NCBI RefSeq assembly: GCF_006345805.1
Contig: NC_042997.1
Coordinates: forward strand, 135,780,001-135,844,000
DNA length: 64,000 bases
Reading direction: 5' to 3'
DNA from: Octopus sinensis
Lineage: Eukaryota
In this document: piece after piece, positions 12,894-24,510 of the stretch
Layout of the letters: each line of letters opens with the position of its first letter
Position numbering within the stretch: position 1 is the stretch's first letter
Made by a program: the position numbers and the translations under genes
Notes under the pieces: model-generated
What the model was told of the DNA's origin: nothing
The model's database searches: none
The model's input: only the letters and a program-made list of their open reading frames with translations

Positions 12894-14257
12894 AACAATT
12901 CTATGTACTATGCTGGATCCATTTGGTGTTCGTCTGATATATTGATGTTTTGTTTATTTTTATGTGTCTTGATTATGTCTGCACTGACGATTAAAAAGTG
13001 CATTTCATGCACTAATTTTGACATCATATGATCTGCGGCTGAATCTGTTTTTAAAAGGCTCTCTTCGAGAGTTGCATTCCCTTGCGGTCGGTACAATATG
13101 TTTATTTAAGAGTCCCTCCTAGCGTGAGGCATTTATGTATAGTAATGCCCTTAATATAAACAAATATATTTAAAGGGAATAATTAATAAATTTTTGTATG
13201 CCCGTCGTACAAATCTGTCATATCCGTAAAATATGAACATTAAAAGAGGGTCGATGAACTAAAATTTCAAGTACCATTAGATTTTCATCGGCGATCACCA
13301 AAGCTAGTTTAATTTTATCATGTCCTGACGATGGCTTCAGATACAATTTCATAATGGTCAATTAAGAATTGGGTAAGATTTCAACGATATTTCGAGTTGT
13401 AGCACTTAATTCATAAAATATTTTAAACTCTTTATCTCATGTCGTAATTGATAGAATTTTAGTAGTGATTCGAATTCATGTTCAGAAAAAATACTTTTCT
13501 ACGTTTGGGTTAAACGAAGCGTTTGCTCGTGCTCTTGTTACCAGATTGTGGCAGGAAATACAAAAGAAAATTGTTATCGATAATTTGTAATTTACAAGAA
13601 ATAATTCCCCTATATGGATACACAGGAATTTTATATTCCATTTTCTATGCAAGACACTATACCTATCAATCTACTAATTTTTTTTTCGAAACTCGAGTCT
13701 CTGCTAATTTCCAGTTAATTTTCTATCACAAAGTGTCATTGCTTTGCAAAACTATTGTAGCTAATGTCTTTGTACGGTACTTCTGATATAGCTCTCTGCC
13801 ACCTCGAATTGCTCAACCGGGTGAATTTATATTTGATGTTGACCTTGTTCCGTGAACTCGGCTATACTGGCAAAGTCTGACCGCTACGTATGTTTTAATT
13901 TCATGACCACAGAGAATGGGCTTCCACCAGAATTCCCCAGTTCTCTCCTAACTCGGAACAGTAAACTCCAAGCAGTATCCAAGAAGCAGGCGCTGTCTGA
14001 GCCGCAATGGTTTGTGGCTCGAGTGAGGAGTAAGGTGTACGTTTACATTTTCTACGTTAGATCGATCGTTTAATTGCTAAAATGTTTCACAAATACTCTG
14101 CATGCCCTGCGTATATTACAGCAATGTCCGTTAAATGTTATACTTGCTGACCGTAAAATTGCAAAAGATATGTTTTTATTGAGATATGAGATGAAAGAAA
14201 ATATTAGATGACAACTACTTTACCTTTTTTCATCTCAATATTTTGTTGCTGAAATAA

Positions 14258-14489
14258 GGCGGTGAATTTGCATAATCTTTACTACGCCTGGCAGAATCAT
14301 TACCGCGTCATACAAAATGCTTAATTACATTCTGTCCGTCTTTACGCTCTGAGCTCAAATTCTGAGGAAGTCGACTTTTACTTTCAACCTTTTGGGGTAG
14401 ATAAGATAAGTACCAGTTGTGTACTGGAATCAGTGTAATTGAATATCCCATCCCCTGAATCTTCTGGCCGTGTGCCAAAATTTGAAACC
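14258..14489 (+). mobile_element. tRNA-derived SINE, family B
   Basis: GGCGGTGA head, GAGCTCAAATTC B-box-like motif, central GTCGACTTT..TTTCA..CTTTTGGGGT.GATAA..TAAGTACCAG block and tail GGCCGTGTGCCAAAATTTGAAACC. Confidence 0.75.
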
Positions 14490-15817
14490 AAAATTTTGTC
14501 GATGACATTATTCAACGACAATGTAGGCGCATAGTAATGGGCTAAGTATCAAGAATCGAGACGGTCAATAAATTTTATGCAACTTGTTTTTATCGGTCTG
14601 GAATAGATAATTCCGAGAAATTTAATTAGTCTCAGATGTCATCCATATAAAAATGTGATTGATTGTTATGTGAGTGAAATGTATATACTAATTAAAACAT
14701 TAAAAAAGAACACAGAAAAAATTCATATACGCGATAAAATATACTTTATGTATCTCCAAAAATATATTCTTTGAAATAAAAGCCATGGATTATTAATAGC
14801 CTCTAGCTATGTTATTTGAATCGAAATCATAATTTATTCTAAAGATTGTATATAATTCTCAAATGAGGTGGACTGTTTTCCTTAGATCTGTGAAGCATTT
14901 TATTTACAAGGAAGTTTTTTTGCAAATCAACTATCAAACGTACATAATTGTATACATATATGACAAACATTACTGTACATCAAATGTAAATGATATAAAT
15001 ATTGGGTAACTCTAGCTAATATACACAGACATTTTCAAAAACTACTCTCCTATCACAGAATTCAAATATTTATACTGCATAATTAGTGGAGAATTATGAA
15101 ACAAATTACTAAAAGAAAATTGATAAAATATTATTAAATTTATATGTGAATAGATAATACTAATTAAAAATCTGTGTAGAAGAAAAGACAAGTTTTCTTG
15201 GAACACCGAGACGGATCGTTGTATCGCTTCCCATTGAAGGCAATTCAATTCACTTTTACATGTAATTATGGTCTTGGTTAGAATATTTTTTTGTGACAAA
15301 CAAAAATGAAGGAGCTTCTAGTTAGTAACCAAGTCTACTAAATATAGCAGCCACCTCTACTGGAAGGCATGCATCTATCTTGAAAAGTGTTATATTGGAT
15401 AACGAAATCTAGATACAAAAATAACGGAAAAGAACCTAGAGTAAATGTTCACATAGTAGCGATTCAATCTCAAAAAGTTATAAGCAGAACAACCAAAGCC
15501 TTTGCCTCTAAATTCAATGCATTAAAATGGATCAATAGAATGAAAACAATCTAAAAAGAAATTGGAGTTAAGAGATTCAACAATATAAAATCTTTTCCCA
15601 AATTAACAACAATTTACTCACTGTTTTATATTTATCTTCGTTTTCGCAGTTTGAATACGAAGATAAAACTAAAATAGTGAGTAAAAAAATAAATATATAC
15701 TTTAAGAAACAATTTGATTAAACTTGTATGAGAAACATACTTAATTCAGACTTTATAAATACTATTGTTGTGATTTACCGGTGATTCCTAATTCGAGGTG
15801 CAGCAATAGAAGAGAAT

Positions 15818-16135
15818 ATGATCAAAAACTGCGTGTACTCCATCCCATGCAACTGTGGTAGATTATAGAAATACGAAACATGCAGCCCCCTCGAAATAAA
15901 GGGAGAGGAACATGGCAAAGCTTTGATACGAGGAGATATTGATAAATCGGGTATAGCTGATCATGTATGGAAAAAATGGAGACCACCTCCCTCTGTGGGA
16001 TGAAGTTAAAATAGTAGACAGAGATCACCACTGGAAAATACGAAAACTAAAAGAAGCAGACCGAGTGCAGATATGAATAGCATATGGGAACCGGTATTAA
16101 GGCAGGATAGGAAAATATTAGATTTATAAACCCTA
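15818..16135 (+). pseudogene. Penelope-like GIY-YIG endonuclease 3' fragment, lineage 2
   Basis: Translation KNCVYSIPCNCGRL*KYETCSPL..EEH.KALIRGDIDKSGIADHVW..GDHLPLWDEVKIVDR.HHWKIRKLKEA. Homologous copy at 43925-44228. Confidence 0.85.
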
Positions 16136-16151
16136 AATTTCACTCCATAAT

Positions 16152-16198
16152 TGCCCACGGCGTAGTGGTTAAGAGCGCAGGCTACTAACCCCATGCCT
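16152..16198 (+). mobile_element. Truncated tRNA-derived SINE head
   Basis: GCCCACGGCGTAGTGGTTAAGAGCGCAGGCTACTAACCCC has an A box and a D-arm/anticodon-like part but no T arm or B box, so it is not a tRNA gene. Confidence 0.5.
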
Positions 16199-16242
16199 GA
16201 ATAATAATAATAATGATGATGATGATGATAATAATAATAATG

Positions 16243-16311
<69 letters not shown>

Positions 16312-16315
<4 letters not shown>

Positions 16316-17250
16316 AGCACATGAAAATTTAGCTAGCAGATGGGAACAGAAACCTCTCCATGTCAAGTATGTGACCCGTAGCAAACAAGCTGATGTCGAC
16401 CAGAAACACACGCACCAATGGTTACGAAGCTCAGGGCTAAAAGCAGAGAGTGAAGGTTTCATATTAGCTGCTCAAGACCAAAGCTTATTAATCCGGAACT
16501 ACCAAGCCAATGTGATGAAAAATGGAGCTGACCCAAAATGCCGATTCTGTAACGATGAGATTGAAACAATAGACCACCTAATCTCAGAGTGTAGAGTCTT
16601 AGCACCTGCAGAATATAAAGCGAGACATGACAGAGTCGGCCAGTATTTACATTGGACAATATGTCGGCATTATAAAATCAAAACCGCTGACAAATGGTAT
16701 AAGCATCTTCCTGAAGCTGTGACTGAGGGAGAAAATGTGCAGACCGACAAGACTATAAAAGCTAATAAACCGGATATTATTATAAAAGATCAGAGAAAAA
16801 GGATGTGTTTATTAATTGACACGAGTATTCCCCGTGCTCACAATATAGCGGCGAAAGAATTTCACAAGATTAGTAAATATAAAGACCTGCTAATAGAAAT
16901 TGAAAAAAATGTGGCATCTCAAGGCGACTACAGTACCAGTGATTGTAGGATCTCTAGAAATGATAAAAAGGTACTGAAACCTATTTGAAAATTATTCCAG
17001 GCTTACCATCCCTAGAGGAAGTGCAAAAAATCGTATTAACTGGAACGGCTCATGTACTGAGAAGAGCACTGTCGCTGTGAAAATAACATCCATCCATGAA
17101 TTTATTTATTTATTTATTTTTAAATACATATGTTATCTGTGAATTTGCGCGTGTAATCTGGGAATGCATACAATGCCCTTCTCTGCCCTAGGTGTATGGA
17201 AAACACTCGGCGAGAAACGGAAGAAAATTTGAAGAAAGAAGGAAAAAACA
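16312..17250 (+). mobile_element. 5'-truncated R4/Dong-like non-LTR retrotransposon (CCHC knuckle plus restriction-like endonuclease)
   Basis: ORF 16371-16988 has WLRSSGLKAESEGFILAAQDQSL, CRFC..EIETIDHLISEC, RHD, ANKPDIIIKD and LLID. The frameshifted C-terminus IPGLPSLEEVQKIVLTGTAHVLRRAL ends at about 17080. (TAA)n lies on both sides. Confidence 0.9.
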
Positions 17251-17277
17251 TAATGATAATAATAATAATAATAATAA

Positions 17278-17308
<31 letters not shown>

Positions 17309-17337
17309 AAGAAGAAGAAGAAGAAGAAGAAGAAGAA

Positions 17338-17368
<31 letters not shown>

Positions 17369-17477
17369 AAGAAGAAGAAGAAGAAGAAGAAGAAGAAGGG
17401 AACCGAAAATTCTTCCTCTTCTTCTTATTATTATTATTATTAAGAATTTTCGGTTCCCTTCTTCTTATTATTATTAT

Positions 17478-17772
17478 AGGAATGATCAAGAAGGGAACCG
17501 AAAATTATATGAGAATGATCCCTGGCTTACCATCCCTGCAAGAAGTGCAAAAGATTGTCTTAACTGGTACATCACACGTATTGAGAAGAGCATCGTCGCT
17601 GTGAGAACTATTACTACCCATGTATTTTAATTTAACTTTAAAAAAAAAATGAAAGAACTATTGAGTTTAGTTTAATGGCCTACCAATGTATACTATGAGT
17701 TTCTTTGCCCTAGGAGTCGGGAAGACACTCGGCAAGAAATGGAAGCAAATTTGAAAGAAGAAGAAAAAAAAA
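17478..17772 (+). mobile_element. Second R4/Dong-like 3' fragment, in tandem
   Basis: MIKKGTENYMRMIPGLPSLQEVQKIVLTGTSHVLRRASSL* plus a homologous 3' UTR ending in (TAA)n. Confidence 0.85.
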
Positions 17773-17789
17773 ATAATAATAATGTAATG

Positions 17790-17950
17790 ACAACATCGAA
17801 AGATACCTTAGGAATGAGAACCTAGGTCCGAAATTTCCCCAAGACACATGATGAAGGCTGGAGGGTAAAGCAGCCGAAACGTTGTGTTAACAACAAAAAA
17901 GATGAGGACAAATATCCGTCAAATGTAAATAATGTAGATAATGTAAATAA
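17790..17950 (+). mobile_element. Short Penelope pLTR-like repeat, family H1
   Basis: Homologous to 21790-21905 (minus strand) and contains a hammerhead motif. Confidence 0.7.
17843..17888 (+). ncRNA. Minimal hammerhead ribozyme motif with C3-to-A core mutation (probably inactive)
   Basis: GACAC-aUGAUGA-A-GGCUG(10 nt)CAGCC-GAAAC-GUU-GUGUU: stem I of 5 bp, stem II of 5 bp and a palindromic AACGUU stem III. Confidence 0.75.
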
Positions 17951-18410
17951 AGAAAGAAATATATTTAGACGATAGACAGACAGATAGATAGATTAAAGTG
18001 TTAAGTGTAATATTCATTATAGTTAAGAATGAAGAATCAATTTCTGAATGTTTCTAAACTGTCGTATTAACACTAATATATTATGAGCATTCAGTCGTGG
18101 AAACGTCAGTCAAATAGATAACTAGTAATTTACAAAATATTGTAGTTATAAGTCATTGTAAGAAGAAATACCTATTAATCAGAGCGCTTAAATACTAACT
18201 ATTACTCTTCCAATCAATACGTACATAAGATATCCCGAGAGACTTAGAAAATACTTTTTCAATATACAGAAACAACTGGCTGAAACATTATACAACCATG
18301 CAAGTTACCTCTTTAATGTTCAGTAATAAATATACGCGCCTCACACACACACGTAGATGGATGGATGGATGGAAAGAGTGACAGATGTGTGTGTGTGTGT
18401 ATGTGTGTGT

Positions 18411-18477
<67 letters not shown>

Positions 18478-18478
<1 letters not shown>

Positions 18479-18740
18479 TTAACTGGCGGTCCGTCGGTTT
18501 CGAAAAATTAACATGCAAGTAACTGAGCGCTTCACAAACCCGCGCACCTTTAACGTTAGTTTTGAGGGAAATTCAGCGTGGCGCAGAAAGTGACATGTGT
18601 GGGCATTTGAAAAACAGGCTCTACACATTGTTACCAGTTGCGTGAACAACGGCAACGTGAAATAAAGCCTCTTGCCCTGGAATAAAATGTGCCGCCGTCT
18701 ATCAAGTTCACTGTCTGACGATCAAGTACTGAATATCAAA
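18478..18740 (-). mobile_element. Degenerate SINE, family D
   Basis: Body CACGCTGAATTTCCCTCAAAACTAACGTTAAAGGTG resembles a recalled cephalopod SINE body. The head is decayed and the 3' end abuts (TG)n. Confidence 0.45.
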
Positions 18741-18830
18741 ACAACTTAAGCCGCGCAACTTCACACACGCGCACACACACACCTGTGCAGACACACACAC
18801 TCACACAACCACACACATATACAAAGAGAC

Positions 18831-18875
<45 letters not shown>

Positions 18876-18914
18876 ATATATATAATATATATATATATGT
18901 ATATATATATATAG

Positions 18915-19110
18915 TCAATCCAAACATGAACAAGCAAGAAAAAACAACGCGAGGACGTGGAATAAGTACAGTGATGTTGGACGCTCAGGAAAGGAAAGAA
19001 AAGAAAGAGGATTTCACGTTTCGAGCGGAGATGTTCATCAGAAATATAGAAAAAGGAAAGATCCAAGGAAGGGAAGACAGAAAAGACAGAAGAAAAAAAA
19101 AAATGTGTTT
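18915..19110 (-). mobile_element. Short Penelope pLTR-like repeat, family H2
   Basis: Homologous to 39265-39450 (CAA..CGCGAGGACGTGGAA.AAGTA...TTGGACGCTCAGGAAAG...ACGTTTCGAGCGG...TTC.TCAGAAA) and contains a hammerhead motif. Confidence 0.7.
19011..19045 (-). ncRNA. Minimal hammerhead ribozyme motif, degenerate (GUG site, broken stem II)
   Basis: AUUU-CUGAUGA-A-caucuccgcuc-GAAAC-GUG-AAAU on the minus strand. Confidence 0.6.
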
Positions 19111-19294
19111 ATATCTTTGCAGCTGGTCTTTCAATAGAAAGTGATTCTTGTCCTTTAAAAATTGTAACAATTTCTATTGAATGGTAACTATTTCTATGGA
19201 AAGAACTGACAAGCTGTATTGAAGTAAACACATTTTTTTCTTTCTTTTTTTTCTTCTCTTTTCCATTGACAATATATATATATATATATATATA

Positions 19295-19583
19295 TCACCG
19301 TGACCGACCAGGCTATCAGATGTTGCTACACATCGCTGGTCACAATGCGCTTCGCATTGTTTTAGCCTTCAAATGACGCCACCCCGCTGGCTAAGCGAGC
19401 AGGCCAACAGAAGAAATAGTGAGAGAAAGTTGTGGCGAAAGAGTACAGCAGAGATCGCCACCACGATCGTGGAGCTTTAGGTGTTTTCGCTCAATAAACA
19501 TTCACAACGCCTGGTCTGGGAATCGAAACCGCGATCCTACGACCGCGAGTCCGCTGCCCTAACTACTGGGCCATTGCACCTTC
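19295..19583 (-). mobile_element. tRNA-derived SINE, family E, full length
   Basis: A box TGGCCCAGTAG (19563-19573) and B box GGTTTCGATTCC (19519-19530) on the minus strand. The tail is homologous to 50508-50622. Confidence 0.85.
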
Positions 19584-19632
19584 ACACACACACACACACA
19601 TATATATAATATATATATATATATATTATATA

Positions 19633-19735
<103 letters not shown>

Positions 19736-19756
19736 ATATATATATACATATGTATG

Positions 19757-19843
<87 letters not shown>

Positions 19844-20284
19844 CCTCAACTTTCCCTCACTATATATATATATACACGTATATATGACATTTGGGTATTA
19901 ATCGTTTCATCTGTTGGAAACATATATTTTCTGGACTATTTCTCATCGGTTTGAGTTGACATTAACTTGCTATATGTTTCTGGAGTTTAACCTATTTACT
20001 GATTACCAACTGGCTTCGAAATCTGTCTATTTTCCAATATATTTCCATACAGAAATTTTTCCCTTCATACCGATATAGCATTTTGCTATTTTCGCGATCA
20101 CCACTTTAGAAGTTACGAAGCAGTAACTTACATAATTTAGGAGCTGACCGAGTGTAAATGAAAAATATATTTCAGTATTTCACTTAACAAAACTGCTAGT
20201 ATGTGAATATACTTTTTAACTTTCCATATTTTAATATTACATAGCTTTAGACGGAGCAATCAACATGAACAATATATATCTATA

Positions 20285-21640
<1,356 letters not shown>

Positions 21641-21789
21641 ATATACATACACATACAAACATAATTCATACATACATATACACACACACACACATATATA
21701 TAGATACTGAGAGAGAGATGAGTAAACACTTCAGTTGGCACTCACTAGGCATTACAGTTCTATATTTATTAGATGAGGAATTATGTCCA

Positions 21790-21905
21790 TCATTTATATT
21801 ATTTACATTCCACGGATATTTGTACTCATCTTCTTTGTTGTTAACACAACATTTCGGCTGACATACCCTCCAGCCTTCATCAGGTGTATTGGGGGAAATG
21901 GGTTT
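21790..21905 (-). mobile_element. Short Penelope pLTR-like repeat, family H1
   Basis: Reverse-complement homolog of 17830-17945. Confidence 0.7.
21843..21889 (-). ncRNA. Minimal hammerhead ribozyme motif with intact core
   Basis: AUACAC-CUGAUGA-A-GGCUG(G..U)CAGCC-GAAAU-GUU-GUGUU: stem I ACAC/GUGU, stem II 5-6 bp and a self-complementary AUGU stem III. Confidence 0.8.
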
Positions 21906-22029
21906 GATTATTCCTCAGATATTGACAGAACATCAAATCCATTTATACATTTGATAATCTAGACTGCATGTTTATGATTATCAGCACTGAAATGGGGTAG
22001 GATATGATTGGTAATTCCAGGTATCCCAT

Positions 22030-22152
22030 AGCACCCAGCTTCATGAAGCTTACGACGGTTTTCGTGGACACATGTTTAGCAGGGTTATGGTTTAGCTGTA
22101 CTGTCACTTTTGCAGCTGTTGTTCGATGATTTATAGACACTATACGTTTCAC
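22030..22152 (-). pseudogene. Fragment of a second Tc1 transposase
   Basis: KRIVSINHRTTAAKVTVQLNHNPAKHVSTKTV aligns to RIFRKVHNSAAPKITSELNDHLENPVSTKTV of the adjacent Tc1. Confidence 0.7.
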
Positions 22153-22525
22153 TACTCAGCGGTTCATGTATGTGAGCTTTGTCATCTGTCTAGAATTGTT
22201 TGTCGGAGTTGGTTTAAACTTGGTTTGGAACGGTGAGATGATTTTAGAGACTAAAGCTCACGAAACATTAAACATTTTAGCAGCTTTAGTAAATGAAGCT
22301 CCAAACATCATCTCTCTTGTGAAATTAGGTAGAAAAAATGCAAGAAGCTACAGCATGACGTTGAAGGCATATATAAGGCAAATGGTCAAGATTAATCAGC
22401 CGAAATTACTACGATGATCCGGTTCTTGACTGAAGACTGAGGGCTTCGAATGTCCTGTCTGTGTTTGTTGTATCGTCTTCTAAGTGTTATGCGTTCTTGT
22501 CACAGTTTGTATTTTTCTCCATATC

Positions 22526-22572
<47 letters not shown>

Positions 22573-22804
22573 TATATATATATACATACAGTCGTATTGC
22601 TAATAAAATGAATAGTGAAATATAAAGAGATGTTTCCACGATTTCATATATATATATATAAACACATATTCCTTCCGCTTTCGCTTGTGGAAAGACGTAC
22701 TTTTTGTACTCCTGAAACAACCGATCTAAAAGTGACCAAAAAGAAACGTAGTACTTGTTATTTCATAACGGTCTACTATAATATATTGGTAAAAAAAAAA
22801 TAAT

Positions 22805-23215
22805 AGGCGCAGGAGTGGCTGTGTGGTAAGTAGCTTGCTTACCAACCACATGGTTCCGGGTTCAGTCCCACTGCGTGGCATCTTGGGCATGTGTCTTCTA
22901 CTATAGCCTCGGGCCGACCACAGCCTTATGAGTAGATTTGGTAGACGGAAACTGAAAGAAGCCCGACGTATATATGTATATATATATATATGTGTGTGTG
23001 TGTGTGCGTGTGTGTGTGTGTGTGTGTGTTTGTCCCACAACATCGCTTGACAACCGATGCTTGTGTGTTTGCGTCCCCGTAACTTAGCCGTTCTGCAAAA
23101 GACACCGATAGAATAAGTACCAGGCTTACGAAGAATAAGTCCTGGGGTCGATATGCTCGACTAAAAGCGGTGCTCCAGCATGGCCGCAGTCAAATGACTG
23201 ATACAAGTAAAAGAG
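22805..23215 (+). mobile_element. tRNA-derived SINE, family A, full length
   Basis: A box TGGCTGTGTGG (22816-22826), B box GGTTCAGTCCC (22859-22869), central (TA)/(TG) tract and tail ending CAAGTAAAAGAG. Confidence 0.9.
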
Positions 23216-23639
23216 TATATTACACTAAAAGTTTAACATATTACATGAAAATCAGCGACGCAAGCCAGAGTTATCCTCAAAGAAAGCTCGTAGTAATAAA
23301 TCGTACTTTCATAAATAGCCGTGTGTAAAGAGTATTCGATTTTTCTTTGAAGCATAACTTCTACATACATGAACAAGAATTGGAATTTTGCTTCTTGGGA
23401 ATAAGTATCCTATTCATTTTGTTTATTTTGTTTTATCTTTGGTAATACCGGATGAAAATTTGAGTTAAGACGTATTGTTTGTTTACATTCTATTTGAAAA
23501 TTTACAGTAGCAAATTCCTTACGAAGCATCTTTTTATCACTATCGTTTTTCATTTAAACTTTTTCTTAGAGCCACCTCTTCGTTTACATTCTGTTTGAAA
23601 AATTTACGGTAGCAATTTCGTTACGAAATCACTTTCCTT

Positions 23640-24510
23640 TCATTTTATCTTTTTTTGTTCTATTACATCGGCCCTCTCGCTCTATACTTTTCGTTTTTCT
23701 CTTTCCATCATATCTTCGTTACCTGCTCCTCTCCTCTCTCTTACATACTCCCCTCTTCCTTTCTCCTCTCTGCTTCTCTTTCATATATTCTCCTTTTCTC
23801 GTTTCTCTCTCCCTCACTCTGTCTCTCTTTACACCTAGCTTTCTCCCTCTCTATTTCATACCTTCCACTTTTTCTCACATCTCTCTCTCCATCCCTTTCA
23901 TATCTTCCTCCTTTTCCCACTTCCCTCTCCCTCCATTTGTTTCTCTCTACATCTACCCCTCTCCCTCACTTTTCATGCCTTCCCCTTCTTCTCTCCACTC
24001 CCTCTCCCTCACTTTTCATGTCTTCCCCTTCTTCTCTCCACTCCCTCTCCCTCACTTTTCATGCCTTCCCCTTCTTCTCTCCACTCCCTCTCTCCTTCAG
24101 AACCTTTCTCTTTCTCTTTCATCTCCCCCACCCTGTCTCTTCCACCCTTTCATATCTTTCTTCTTTTCCCACTTCTCTCTCCCTTCCTTTCTCTCTCTCT
24201 ACTTCTACCTATCCCCTCTTATCTCACGCCCTCTCTCATATATTCTCATTTCTCTCCTCTTCCTCTCAAAAAGTCTCTCCCTTTCCCTCACATCTTTCAT
24301 TCTCTCCTCTTTCTCCCTCACTCTGTCTCTCTGTTCCCCTCCTCTCCCTCCCTCTGCCTCGTTATCGCTCCATACCCTTTCTCTTTCTACATATCACCCT
24401 CTCTTTACCTTCATATCTCCCTCTTTTTCCCTTCTCCCTCTCTCTGTCTTTATTGCTTTCTACATTCCTCTCTCTCTCTCACTTCCTTTCTATCATCCCC
24501 TGCCTTTCTG
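23640..24510. repeat. CT-rich low-complexity tract with three 43-bp tandem units (23958-24092)
   Basis: Units CCTCTCCCTCACTTTTCATGCCTTCCCCTTCTTCTCTCCACTC start at 23958, 24001 and 24044. Confidence 0.9.

Noticed and set aside
16152-16198. tRNA gene
   Set aside because: Only the 5' half is present, with no T arm or B box, so it is a SINE head remnant.
22425-22460. Hammerhead-like CTGAAGA…GAATGTC
   Set aside because: There is no GAAA and no convincing stem II.
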